A DNA stretch of 62,996 nt, counting the filler, from Octopus bimaculoides (lineage: Eukaryota), in the NCBI RefSeq assembly GCF_001194135.2. It is 4 parts of 3 records of this genome, joined end to end, with 100 filler letters (N's around TTAATTAATTAA, not from the genome) between each part and the next. Parts side by side here need not be neighbours in the genome. Positions count along the whole stretch, not along the records: positions 1 to 27,978 come from NC_068981.1; 3 more parts are not named here. One strand, given 5' to 3'. The translations under genes and the position numbers were made by a program. The notes beneath the pieces are model-generated. The model was not told the origin of the DNA and did not search any database. It saw only the letters and a list, made by a program, of their open reading frames with translations. Positions 12,898 through 25,244 of this stretch are shown here, piece after piece. The stretch's first letter is position 1; each line of letters opens with the position of its first letter.

Positions 12898-13239
12898 ATA
12901 TATATATATATATATATATTGTTTGCAAGATTCTTTATGTGAATCTGTGTGTTGAAGCATATATTGTTGTGTCTGGGTAAAGTCATTCTATTTCAATGCC
13001 TTAATAATTAACACACTCACAGGTTCAATTTCCACTCATTCACTTATTTATTTGTTTATCCTAAAATTTTCGTCACTTCTTGCAACCACTTCAATACTTG
13101 TTGACTGTGTGTGTGTGTATTTGTGTGTTTACCTCTGTCTCCCTGTGTGTGCGTGTTTGAGTATGTCTATGTGGATGAGTTTGTGTGTGTAAGTGTGTGT
13201 GTGTGTTTGTGGAGTGTGTGGGTGTGTATATGGTTATGT

Positions 13240-13535
13240 TAATTGACCCCAGAACTTTTTTTTTAGCCTAGTACTTATCCTATAAGTTTTTGTGTTTTTT
13301 GGCGAACTGCAAAGTTGCAGGGACATAAACACGCCAACACTGGTTTTCAAGTGGTGATGGAGGTGGCAAGGATAAATATAGACACAAAGACACACACATA
13401 AATATAGTTTCCGTCTTCCAAATCTATTCACAAGGCTTTGGTCAGCCCAAGGCTATAATAGAAGGCACTTGCTCAAGGTGCCACACAGGGGGACTGAACT
13501 TAGAACCATATGGTTGAGAAGCACACAGCCCATAC
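13240..13535 (-). mobile_element. SINE family A
   Basis: Reverse complement of the family A body. Confidence 0.75.
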
Positions 13536-13624
13536 CTCATCACAAGTACTTTACTATATCTCCAGAAAAGACACTTAACTATCGAAAACAAGTCCTGGTC
13601 TAATTATAAATATGCACCAGTAAC

Positions 13625-13685
13625 TAGTACTAAGTAGTACTTAGCAGTACTTATAAGTACTACTAAGTAGTACTTAGTAGTACTA
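13625..13685. repeat. AGTACT-based imperfect palindrome
   Basis: Perfect centre agtacttataagtact; arms extend to about 24 bp with two mismatches. Confidence 0.75.
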
Positions 13686-13923
13686 AATAGAGATAGTTAA
13701 ATTTCACTGCAGTATCCTCAATGTTAACTATTGTATGTTCTGGTCTACTTAATCAAGCCATTTGAAAGTTTAGTGCCTTGATCATAAACATGACCAGCAT
13801 GTTGTGATTAGAATATGAGCTGTTAAGCTCTAGCGATTTATATGCATGCAATATCCATATATGAATATGGTAAAGAGTAAGTCATTAAATATTTCTCATA
13901 TTTCTTACAGAATCAGGTTTGGC

Positions 13924-14320
13924 TATGTGGCAAGAAGGTTGCTTCCTAACAACACGGCTGCAGGTTCAGTCCCATTGTGAAGCATACTGGGCAAGTGTTT
14001 TCTACTATAGCCTTGGAGTGACGAAAGCCTTGTGAGCAGATTTGGTAGATGGAAATTGGAAGAAGCACTTTGTGTGTGTGCATGTGTGTGTGCGTGCCCG
14101 CATGCATGTGTGTGTATGTTTCTGTGTGTGTGTATTTGTGTCTGTGGTTGTCCTTCGCCATGGTTTGACAAGTGATGTTGACAAAAGAGGTTGATAGAAT
14201 AAGTACCAGGCTTTAAAAAAAATAGGTTTTGGTGTTGATTCATTCAACTAAAATTTCTTCATGGCAATGCCCCAGCATGGCCGTGGTCTAATGACTGAAA
14301 CAAGTCAAAGATAAAAGAGA
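13924..14320 (+). mobile_element. SINE family A, near full length
   Basis: Head through tail homologous to 1-350. Confidence 0.85.
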
Positions 14321-14593
14321 AGTAATTTTCTCTTCTTGTTAAGAGATTTGATCACTGTTTTAGATCATAAGAATCCATAATTTCTGATGAAAATATAAAA
14401 GAAAACATTTATTAGTAATTCAGCTGCATTCTTTCAAGAAATATGTTAACCTTTGTAGTATAAGCTCATAAAGCTCTGACGAGATTCTGCCCCATATAGT
14501 TGAAAATGATGATCATTTCTTAGCATATGACCCTTCCCAAATGCTTAGAATTACTAATCGCCTTGGGATATGAATCAAAACATGTATATAGTT

Positions 14594-15293
14594 AAGATAT
14601 AGAAATAATTAATTCTCAAACACTGAATAATGCTAACAGAATAGCAGGAACAGGATAAAATATCCATATTTTTGCAGTAAAATTTGCCAGCAGTCAGCCA
14701 TGAGACTCGAACTCACATTCCTGTGATTACTGGTCATAGTGCTTTACCATTAAGCTAAACTGTCCACTGACAATTTAATCTGCCATTTATGAGCTTATAA
14801 AGCTAGCTTTATAAGACGTTGATGGTAAATTCAAATTATGATGAAAGTAAACAAATTTTCTGCAAAATATGGATATTTTATCCTGTTCTTGCTATTCTGT
14901 CAGATTTATTCTACTTTTTAGAATTAATTATTTTTGTATCTTTCAATATATCTCAACTCTTCTCAAAAAATAAAAAAAAGCAAACTTTGTTTGTTTACTT
15001 TCATCATAATTTGAAATTACCATCAGCGTCTTATAAAGCTAGATTTATAAGCTCAAAAATTGCATATAAACTTGTCAGAGGGCAGTTTAGCTTAATGTTT
15101 AGCACTATGGCCGGTAGCCAAAGGGATGTGAGTTTGAGTCTCATGGCTGGCTGCTGGCAAACTTTTCTTCAAACATATGGATATTTTATTCTGTTAGCAT
15201 TATTCTGTGTTTGGGAATTAATTATTTCTATATCTTTCAATACATCTCAATGCTTTAATAAAAAAAAGCAAACTTTGTTTACTTTCATCATAA
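14594..15293. mobile_element. Foldback element: an inverted pair of tRNA-Thr(AGT)-like units with a partial tandem 3' duplication
   Basis: 14594-14853 is the reverse complement of 14992-15236. Each arm holds TAGCTTAATGG (A box) and GTTCGAGTC (B box), with anticodon loop CCAGTAA in the minus copy. 14862-15010 duplicates 15165-15293. Confidence 0.75.
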
Positions 15294-15473
15294 TATATGT
15301 AGGTATTTGGTATCAGCCATTTCTTTTAGAGATTTATAATTTATTTGTATTGTTTTTATAAAAAAATCTTTCAACCTCATTATATCATACAAATAAATTA
15401 TTTACACATCCATAATTCTCCATTTTCTTCCTTTCATCATTATTAACTATATATATATATAGATATAAATATT

Positions 15474-15517
<44 letters not shown>

Positions 15518-15530
15518 NNNNNNNNNNCAC

Positions 15531-15561
<31 letters not shown>

Positions 15562-15590
15562 TACATACATATATATATAACACTACATAC

Positions 15591-15672
15591 CTCCACAAAT
15601 CTTTCCATTTGAAGTAGGACAGCTGAAATCATCACACTCACAATACATGCCACTGTATGCACGATTAGTTCC
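15591..15672 (-). CDS. I-EGF array exon B1 (82 nt, phase 0 to 1): GTNRAYSGMYCECDDFSCPTSNGKICG(G)
   Basis: Acceptor gcatttgattttag, donor GAG|gtatgt; hallmark integrin beta GxYCECDDFSC motif. Confidence 0.93.
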
Positions 15673-16189
15673 CTAAAATCAAATGCAAAAATTACAAATT
15701 AATAACAGTTAATGATTTTGCAAACTACACATACAATTATTTTCTTCAATGATAATAAATCATATATCCTGACTTAAAGAAAATGACACCGACTAGTAAT
15801 ATAAAATAACAAAGGCATAAAATAACAAAGGAAGTCTCTACTTAGGGATCTCCGAAACTAAGACAAATTTAACTCCAGAAGAAATTTCACTTACTTATAA
15901 TATAAATTGCTGATTCTGGATTTGTACATATATTTTTCCCAATTAGAATTTTTAAAAATTCAAAGTTAGGAAGAAAATTTGAAGTAGGTTTCTTTTGTTT
16001 TTTTCTTTCTATCTCTTTGGATTTAGAGAGTTTATGTAATGCACCTGAGTAATTATACAATAAGCTCATAGTAATAATAATAATAATAATAATGATAATA
16101 ATATTAATAATGTGGAGAGATAGCAGAATTGTTAGTACAATAGACAAAAGATTAGTAGAATTTCTTCTAGCTTTACAGTCTTTACTCTT

Positions 16190-16592
16190 TTACTCTTTTA
16201 CTTGTTTCAGTCATTTGACTGCGGCCATGCTGGAACACCGCCTTTAATCGAGCAAATCGACGCTAGGACTTATTCTTTGTAAGCCTAATACTTATTCTAT
16301 CAGTCTCTTTTGCCAAACCACTAAGTTATGGGGATGCAAACACACCAGCATCAGTTGTCAAGCAATGCTGGGGTGACAAACACAGACACTAACATATACA
16401 CACAAATACATATGTATATATATACATATATACGACAGGCTTCTTTCAGTTTCTGTCTACCAAATCCACTCACAACGCTTTGGTCGGCTCGAGGCTGTAG
16501 TAGAAGACACTTGCCCAAGGTGCCATGCAGTAGAAATGAACCCGGAACCATGTGGTTTGTAAGCAAGCTACTTACCACACAGCCACTCCTTA
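16190..16592 (-). mobile_element. SINE family A, near full length
   Basis: Reverse complement of the family A head and tail. Confidence 0.88.
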
Positions 16593-17849
16593 TTCTATTA
16601 TGGTAGAGCTGTAAACTGAGATTACTCAACAAAACAGTGAAGAGAGAAATTATAGTTTCAAAAAGTTGCCAAGAAAGTATATGGAGCAAAAAGGTTAAGA
16701 ACCTCTGCTCTGTGAAGTTACTCAACCTTCTAGAAATAATATCTAAGTCTCTCTAACAAAGAAGTTTGTAGTGGTTCAGGTAATCTTATTGACTTTGTCT
16801 GTTAAAAAGGTAGGATGGTGATGGTTGATATGCCTCTGATCATAACTGTATTCAGTCATGACTGACTTGGGGCTAAACACAACATCAAGTGTAGCAGCAG
16901 TGACAACAACAAGAGCAACATATATAAAAAGTGTAAGAGATACAAAAATGTAACTGAAAGTAGTAGTCAGTTTGAAAATAAACTAAAGGTCAGAGTATTT
17001 GAAAAAAGTATTGTACTTAACCCTTAAGCATTACTCTGTCAAATTTAATATTTATTTATTCACATTGTTTTGAATTAATCATACATTATTTTGTAGCTTT
17101 GAGTTTTCGATGATGTGGTTGTCTATTTTTAGAACGACAATGTAGCATAGATGTGAAAAGCCAGATCTTGACAGTTTGAACGTAAAACAGGTAGAATTTT
17201 TGGGCTGGATTAAGGAAATTCTCAGTTTAAGTGATAAAATAGGCATTTTAATTAAAATGAATTCTTGCAGAATCTTTAACTTTCTGTATTTAAATATAAC
17301 AATTATAATTTTCTATTGGTTTGTAATTTTTAATTTTATAAATCATAACTTATTATATAATTTATCATCTGTTCAAGAATGATAGTTAATACTTGAGAAA
17401 AAGAATAGTATGTAATGCAACTATATAATTCTTTCTAATTTTGGCACAAGGCCAGCAATTTTGAGTGGAGGGTTTTGCTGATTATATCAGCCCCAGTACT
17501 CAACCGGTACTTTATTGACTCTGAAGGACAAAAGGTAAAATTAACCTCAGTGGAATTTGATCTCAAAATGTAAAGAGCCAGAAGAAATGCTGCTTCGCAT
17601 TTTGTCCAATGACTAATGTTTTTGCCAGCTTGTCATCTCATAATTATACATTACAATGATTGTACTATAATGCTAATTATGATAATTAATTCTCTATTCG
17701 TTTAAAATTTTAGATTTTCTAAATTTGTCTGAATTTTTCTAAATTTTCTAAATTATAATGTATATCATTTACAAAAAAACATTCTTTTAATATCTGTTCA
17801 AGAATGGTGGTGAATGTTAGAGAACAAGAAGTTGCTGAATGACTGAAAC

Positions 17850-18068
17850 CTGGTTGAAGATATTTCTTTTGATACCAATCCACCTCAGACTACCCCTAAT
17901 TCTATGATGCAAATCTTCTGTTTTAAAGTGAACTAAATGAAAATTCCATCAAAATTTCATGATAATTTATGTTCAAACAAATTATTTTACTAAATTCTTT
18001 GTAATTTTCAAAATTAACTAAAACAAAGCCTGTGCACTTAAACAGAAATATGGCAGCAAAAAGGTTAA
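17850..18068 (-). mobile_element. Partial copy of the TTAA-flanked MITE at 26526
   Basis: Reverse complement matches the left ~200 bp of 26526-26991 and ends aaaaggttaa. Confidence 0.7.
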
Positions 18069-18726
18069 GCTGCTTAAAATTCTTTGGAAAAGGAAAAAAT
18101 ATCAACATTTTCCATTTTAATTTTCTCTAAAATGTTGATATTTTGTACAATATTAAAAGAAACAGATATCTGATAAAGCATTTGTTTGGAAACCTATAAC
18201 AAGAAAGCTCATCACCAAATATCATCAAAAAATTAGAAAAATAAGAAAAGGCTAGAATTTACAAATAAAAGTTCATCTAAAGAATCAAATTAAAATGGTT
18301 ACTCTTGTTGTTGCTGTTATTGCAGTCTTCATGTGAGAATCTAATTAAAGAGATTTATGATCAAAGCATTCTAATTATAATCATTTCGTTTTTTTCATTA
18401 TTATTTTTATTCTTTGGCTGTGGTGTCTCTTAGACTGTGATATTAAATATGTCTTTTCCATTTTTTGAGAAAAACTTGGCTACTATTTCTTGCAGGTGTT
18501 ATTTATTGATAACTCAGAAGTCGTAGTGTGTCACAAGAGACCAAAATATTAGGAAAATAGTAGTCTTTAACTTTTATGTGTTTCCATGAGCCATAGCAGC
18601 ATACCACAATATGGCCAGCAAACACATTAATTGAAAGATGAATGTTAATCAAAGGGTAGAATGAAAGTAAAGATATTGAACTTTTCTAAGGAAACTTTAT
18701 AAAACTAGAGATGTTATTATAAAATC

Positions 18727-18952
18727 AACCTTTTAGCATTCAGATTATTCTGTCAAATGTAATGTTTGTTTATTCACATTGCTTTGAGTTAATCATACAT
18801 TATCTTGTAACTTTGAGATTTCATTGATGTGATTGTTTACTTTTGGAATGACATTGCAGAGTAGATGTGAGAGGCCTGATCTGGCCAGTTTGAACATAAA
18901 ACTAATAGAATATTTAGGCCAGATATGGCCAGTTTGAATATGAAAGGGTTAA
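18727..18952. mobile_element. piggyBac-like MITE (second family; related partial copy at about 17017-17210)
   Basis: aaccttttagcatt ... aatatgaaagggttaa termini; internal homology with 17020-17200. Confidence 0.6.
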
Positions 18953-19589
18953 AGGTTTCTTAATATTAATTCAGTATAAAAATTTCAGTATATATTTAGC
19001 ATTGCTGTGAAATATTTTCTGGGTTTAAAACTTTGAATCTAAAACTGAATTATTATGATCTTTGATTTTGTTTGATCTTTCTGAGTCAATACAGTCTTGA
19101 TAATTTGTTTCCTAGTTAAATTGTATGAAATTCCCTAACACATGATGTTTTTTATGTAGTGTCATAGATTTACTGGTAATTGTATGGTTCATGAAAAAGA
19201 AAATAATTCTGTATGAATAATTTGCATAATTGCTTTCACTATCTGAATTATGGGTGATAGTCACAAAGCTAATAATTACATCAAAGAAATTGACTTCATG
19301 GAAATTATGAAGACTTTATAAATGAGTGGATAAAAATAAAATAGTCGAAGAATGATGGTATGCCTATTGTAACTAAAACCTGAGCCTTGGGAGAGCTTCT
19401 GTACAGTTGCTGAACCCACTAGAACTAGCAGGGAAATCTCCTTCATACCACATGATATCCTACTATCTTTAAAAAGGATGGACAGATTGATAAATAATTT
19501 CTAGACATACTATATCTGAAAATAAAATGGGAGTCTTAACCGTAATGCCTTTGATCATAAGTCTGCTTGGTCCGGGCTGACCTGGAACT

Positions 19590-20045
19590 GTTGTTGTTGT
19601 TGTTGGCACTCTGTCGCTTATGACGTCAAGGGTTCCAGTTGATCCGATCAACGGAACAGCCTGCTCGTGAAACTAACGTGCAAGTGGCTGAGCATTCCAC
19701 AGACACATGTACCCTTAATGTAGTTCTCGGGGATATTCAGCGTGACACAGTGTGACNNNNNNNNNNACACATGTACCCTTAATGTAGTTCTCGGGGATAT
19801 TCAGCGTGACACAGTGTGACAAGGCTGACCCTATGAATTACAGGCACAACAGAAACAGGAAGTAAGAGTGAGAGAAAGTTGTGGTGAAAGAGTACAGCAG
19901 GGTTCGTCACCATCCCCTGCCAGAGCCTCGCGGAACTTAGGTGTTTTCACTCAATAAACACTCACGACGCCCAGTCTGGGAATCGAAACCGCGATCCTAT
20001 GACCGCGAATCCACTGCCCTAACCACTGGGCCATTGCGCCTCCAC
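19590..20045 (-). mobile_element. tRNA-derived SINE, family C
   Basis: Minus-strand head ggaggcgcaatggcccagtggttaggg...gtttcgattccc (A and B boxes); tail shared with 50820-51070 and 62190-62500. Confidence 0.85.
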
Positions 20046-20108
20046 TGACCTGGAACTAAACAACAACTAAAGTCTCTGTTTGAAATGTAACAACATAAAT
20101 ATACTTAC

Positions 20109-20178
20109 AGGTTTGGTACTACAATGACAGTAGCCTTGGACACAGTTACCTCTATTTGAGCAGACAGGTGATGTACGG
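20109..20178 (-). CDS. I-EGF array exon A1 (70 nt, phase 2 to 0): RTSPVCSNRGNCVQGYCHCSTKP
   Basis: Acceptor gattttattattcag, donor CCT|gtaagt; I-EGF2-like CSNRGNC motif. Confidence 0.92.
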
Positions 20179-20719
20179 CTGAATAATAAAATCATAAACA
20201 AAGTTATATAAACCATTTAACATTATGATTTGTTCATCAATAGAATTAATTACTATATGATCAATTTTATTTTAACTGCTTAGATTTGGGAATAAAGGAT
20301 AATCACTCATGGCCCTTTATTCTTTCAATGCCTCTGAAATGGGCAAGTGAAAAGAAAGATGTTACTCTCAAACAAGAGAGCTGTTATGAATGCTTACAAC
20401 TGAGTGAATTCTGTAAAATGCTCTCGAAGAACAAATGATGGTATTAAACCAGCCAACAGATAGTGTTTACCACACTGGAACCCAGACTGTTACAAGACAT
20501 CACATCCTATGCTCAAAGCAATTCCACAAATCCATCATCCTGCATTGTTACTTTATCGTTAAACCTGAAAGAGCATCAAGAAATACAACAAAGCTGTTCG
20601 TCTTATACTCTAATGATCATAACCTTGCTTTTCACCATGTCACTGACTAACTCTCTCTCTCTCTCTCTCTCTTTCTCTCTTTCTACTTCTCTCTTTCTCT
20701 CTCATCCCTCATCTATCTA

Positions 20720-20752
<33 letters not shown>

Positions 20753-21259
20753 ATGTATGTATGTATGTATGTATATACACGTATGTATGTACATGTATGT
20801 GGTATGTACAGTCGTGTATGCTTGTCAAGAGCAGGGCTCATTAGCCACCAACAGAGCCGCAAATGCAAAATATAAGTTAGTCCTAGCGCGCACAATGTTT
20901 CTGAAAGTCGGCAATGGTCTTCCTCGGTCACGAGTGGACGGCCATCATCATGTATGTATGTATAGTTCACAGATGAGATCCAAAGACACTGTATAGAAGA
21001 GACCTAATAGTGCTCAAAAGATTCAGACTTAAACTTGAATGTCTTTACAGGGAATCATCCCACACAGTAAAGAATGACTATAAGAGAGGGATTGAGTTTA
21101 GCAGTTATAGAGGCAATTATACAAATAAACAGATAAGACACATTAAATATATTAAACATAATAAATACATCAAATGCAAAATATGTATACTTCTTTTATT
21201 CTTTTACTTGTTTCAGTAATTTCTTTCAGTGGCCATGCTGGAAATTTGTTGGATGCACA

Positions 21260-21530
21260 TTCATTGATGTGCTGGCTGAGAGATATTTTCCTGTATTCTG
21301 GAATTCATTTGAGATTTGTGCACCGATGGTGGTGCACGAATCTCAAATTAGAATTCCGGAATACAGGAAAATACCTGTCAACCAGCACATCGATGAATGG
21401 GCATCCAACAAATTTCCCAAATTCACAACATTTCCATTATACAAATGCAAAGACAATGCTAGCCAAGATAAACGCATTAGCAAGGAAATGCATTTCATAA
21501 GAAAATATCAACCGAGTCTAAATTCTTTAA
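21260..21530 (+). mobile_element. Penelope-like GIY-YIG endonuclease C-terminal fragment
   Basis: HESQIR..EYRKIPVNQHID...[18 protein letters not shown], a typical Penelope-like EN ending. Confidence 0.7.
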
Positions 21531-21671
21531 ACTCGCACACATATGTATGTATATGTATGTATATATGTATGTGTGTATATATGTGTATGTGTTTATGTAT
21601 GTATATGTGTATATATATGCATGTGTGTGTATGTGTGTGTGCATATATATGTGTGTATGTGTATGTATGTT

Positions 21672-21722
<51 letters not shown>

Positions 21723-23314
21723 GAGAGTGTGTATGTATCTGTATGTGTATATATATGTATATGTACATATGGGTGAGTATATATATATGTATGTGTATGT
21801 GTATATATATATATGGATATATGGATATGCAAGTTATTCATAAGAAGTAAAGATAAGGGGTTGAAGAACCCGATTTCTATTAAAACCCCAGGGGGAACAA
21901 CTTCCCCATGACGACTATTATTATTACTGCTGCTAGTTACTCGACAGCTACAGTCACTCTTATAGAAAACAAGTCTTGACCACACTACTTAATTTACCAT
22001 CACAGATAGTAGTCATTTGCAGTCACATACAGTAATCGAAATTACTTGCAGAAAAAAGGACAGTAAACTATGAATGTTTATTTTAATTTTAATTTTAATT
22101 TTATTTTATTAATAGCTCTTTTCTCTCTACATATTCCATTTTAGTACATATTTTTGATAAGGTTTTTTCAAAAACTGAAACATGTAAAACAAAACTAAAA
22201 TATTCTTCTTTTAATGTATTTATATAAAGAAAATTAAAATGTACCTGATTTCAAGAAGGTAGCATTTTCATTCTTCTTTTTCATAAATACATACATACAT
22301 ACATATGTCTTGCCCGCTCACGTTTTTGGTATGCTGCTATATTTCATGTTGAGAACAATTTAGGTTTTAATAGACACAAGATGTGATCTATTTCTAGCGC
22401 ATCAATTGTCCACGTTAGTGGTCGACGTTATTTTTTAAAATGTACCTTAATCCCCTGAGATTGCAGATAATATTTCTGAATCTCTTTGATTCTTTAGATG
22501 TGCTGGCCTACTGATAATTAATCGATATTAATTGATATATGACTAATTACCAGATTTTACAATAATATTTTAATACATATATANNNNNNNNNNNNNNNNN
22601 NNNNNNNNNNNNNNNNNNNNNNNNNNNNNNNNNNNNNNNNNNNNNNNNNNNNNNNTATATATATATACATACACACACACACATATACATACACACACAC
22701 ACATATACATACACACACACACATATACATACACACACACACACACATATATATATATAAAATACATTTGAATTGAAATAGTTTCCCCAAATTAAACATA
22801 TCAAATATGATAAATGTGAATGTCGGTGTGTCAGTGTGTCACACTTTTTCAACTTTAATCCTAGAACCATTTTGGAATCAGGCTGACTCCATGAGTAAAT
22901 TAAAATCATTCCAAGCCGAATCTGGTCCTACAATCCTGAAATTTGGGATTCCTATGTTTTCATTACTGCAATTCTTTTCGGTAATTTTCTTTACATGATT
23001 GTTAGCAACGAATGTGATCATCATTGGGATATGACTCTGGAGAAAGCAATTGCAACAAATTCTCCAAAACAAGTCAGAGATGTGTTTGCAGATCTTCCCA
23101 TTCGGGGTTAGTTGCTTACAAGCTATGTAAGAGCTTAAAAGCTGCCTGATAGGTAGATAGATAGATAGATATACATATGCATGATATATATATTTAAACA
23201 AAAACACACACATACAGATATATATACACAGACATATATAACTAAAAACAACAAAATGAATGTTCTTATTTAGTCATACTCTATGATAGAAAATTTACAA
23301 TGAGATTTTCTTAC

Positions 23315-23352
23315 CTCTGTTTACAACCTGAATTCTCACTACTTCTAGATTC
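23315..23352 (-). CDS. I-EGF array exon E1 (38 nt, phase 0 to 2): ESRSSENSGCKQ(S)
   Basis: Acceptor cctttaccttttag, donor AG|gtaaga; supplies the single Cys and the phase shift needed between D1 and A1; same length as E2. Confidence 0.85.
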
Positions 23353-23549
23353 CTAAAAGGTAAAGGTTTTGATTTAATATAAGAGGTATTGCTTTTATAA
23401 AGAAAACATTACGAGGCTTATTTCAAATGTTTTCAGTGGAAACAGGAAAAAAATAAATAAATAAAATAAAAAATACAAAGGCAAAGAAAATAATTCATTC
23501 TGCATAAATCTAAGTTCATTCTAATGAATCACTGAGTGAGCCACTACAT

Positions 23550-24235
23550 CAGTGGTTTTCAACCATTTTTTTGTCTAAGGACCCCTTTGATTCCAATTTT
23601 TACTTTACTAGACTTCCATAGCTAATCAATGTATATAAAAAGCATCCTACTATATTTTAATAATGAAATATTATTAAGAATTATATAAAAAATAAAGATA
23701 TTTTGTATATAAGATATTTTCTATAAAATCAATTTATTGCAGTCAAAGGCGACACATGAAATCTTTCGAGCGGGATCGTTGCCAGTGCCCCTGGACTGGC
23801 TCATGTGCGGGCGACACATGATATCTTTCGTGCGAGATCGTTGCCAGTGCCCATGGACTGGCTCTTGTGCGAGTGACACATGAGGTTTTTCGAGCGAGAT
23901 CGTTGCCAGTGCCCCTGGACTGGCTCTTGTGCGGGTGGCACATAAAAGACACCATTTCGAGCGTGGCCGTTTTCGTGCGGGTGACACGTAAAAGCACCCA
24001 CTACACTCTCTGAGTGGTTGGCGTTAGGAAGGGCATCCAACTGTAGAAACTCTGCCAAATTAGATTGGAGCCTGGTGTTGCCATCCGGTTTCACCAGTCC
24101 TCAGTCAAATCGTCCAACCCATGCTAGCATGGAAGGCGGACATTAAACAATGATGATGATGATGATGAAATTTTGACAACAAAATCTTATATGGACCCCT
24201 AAGGGTATATGAACCTTGGTTGAGAATGACTTCTC
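23550..24235. mobile_element. hAT-like MITE interrupted by a nested retro-type element with 62-bp tandem repeats and a (GAT)n tail
   Basis: cagtggttttcaacc ... ggttgagaatgactt ends with a near-TSD (cactacat / ctctacgt); nested segment at about 23745-24170. Confidence 0.65.
23749..23985 (+). repeat. 62-bp minisatellite, three copies plus a degenerate fourth
   Basis: gacacatg recurs at 23751, 23813 and 23875, with a variant at 23937. Confidence 0.9.
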
Positions 24236-24559
24236 TACGTGGTTGAGGAACCTGCTAAAAATAGTATCTAAATCTTCATGAAATTACCTCGATTATTTTT
24301 TTTAAATAGGTCACACATTAGATAGTAAAATGCAAGATAGCAACACAAGATGTGATGGCCATGACTAGACTGCTTTGATCAAAGAGCTGCTGGAACAAAG
24401 TTGACCTTGGCTAAGTAACAAAAACAGCCTAAATTCATATTACCATTTTATTAAAAATATTAATATTGCTCTGTCACTAAATACATTCGACATTGTATTT
24501 TCTATGAAAACATGGCAGTATATAGCAAAGGACTTTGATACTGAATACTATATATTTTC

Positions 24560-24915
24560 TACATTATTTACATTATTTACATTGGACAGATATGTGTCCT
24601 CATCTTCTTTGTTGTTACCACAACATTTTGGCTGATTTACTCTCCAGCCTACATCAGGTAAAATTTTGAACCCAACCCTAGGTTCTCATTCCTAAGGTAT
24701 TTTTTGCTGATGTTACTGTTATTATTATTTATTCAAGGCACTACCTGAAATTGAACTTAGAATCTTGGAGTTAGTAGCCCACACTCTTAACCATTACACT
24801 ATATACCCGTGGACATCCTGATGAAGGCTGGAGAGTAAATCAGCCGAAACGTTGTGGTAACAACAAAAAAAATGAGGACACATATCCGTCTAATATAAAT
24901 AATGTGAATAATGTA
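24560..24915. mobile_element. Foldback element: about 100-bp inverted arms with a hammerhead-like core, enclosing a tRNA-like segment
   Basis: 24560-24658 is the reverse complement of 24817-24915. The right arm has CTGATGA-a-GGCTG..CAGCC-GAAA. Loop 24735-24808 (minus) reads atagtgtaatggttaag...gttcaatttc. Confidence 0.75.
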
Positions 24916-25244
24916 CAGAATTCCTCATCTCTAAAATATAGAACTATATATTTTCTGTTTTAATAGGTTGAAATCAAAGTAGATAAAGCTATGAATAAAT
25001 AGCAAATATTGGGTAAAAAAAACCCTTCAGGTAGGAAAAGTTGAAGGCTGCTTGTGGGATTTAAACTCATATCTGTAAACATGACAATCTTTGACTTTTG
25101 CAACCCAAAGAGATTTAAAACCCAGTATTTACCCACTACATTTTAATTGCATTATCAACAGTTCAACTATTAAAAATGAATTATTTCATGTTCTCTCAAA
25201 GTTTCTAAATTCTTGACATAAACACTCTATATTTTAATAATTCT

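Noticed and set aside
14690-14765. tRNA-like sequences (also 15080-15154, 24735-24808 and the SINE heads)
   Set aside because: Mismatched acceptor and anticodon stems inside repeats: tRNA-derived elements, not functional tRNA genes.
19703-19820. Exact 54-bp direct repeat around a 10-N gap
   Set aside because: Contig overlap artefact inside a SINE.
21495-21985. Long ORFs rich in YI/CV/HT dipeptides here and at 32.4-34.9, 40.6-43.6, 50.1-54.9 and 61-62 kb
   Set aside because: They are translations of (TA)n, (CA)n and (TATG)n microsatellites or of N-gaps; not coding.
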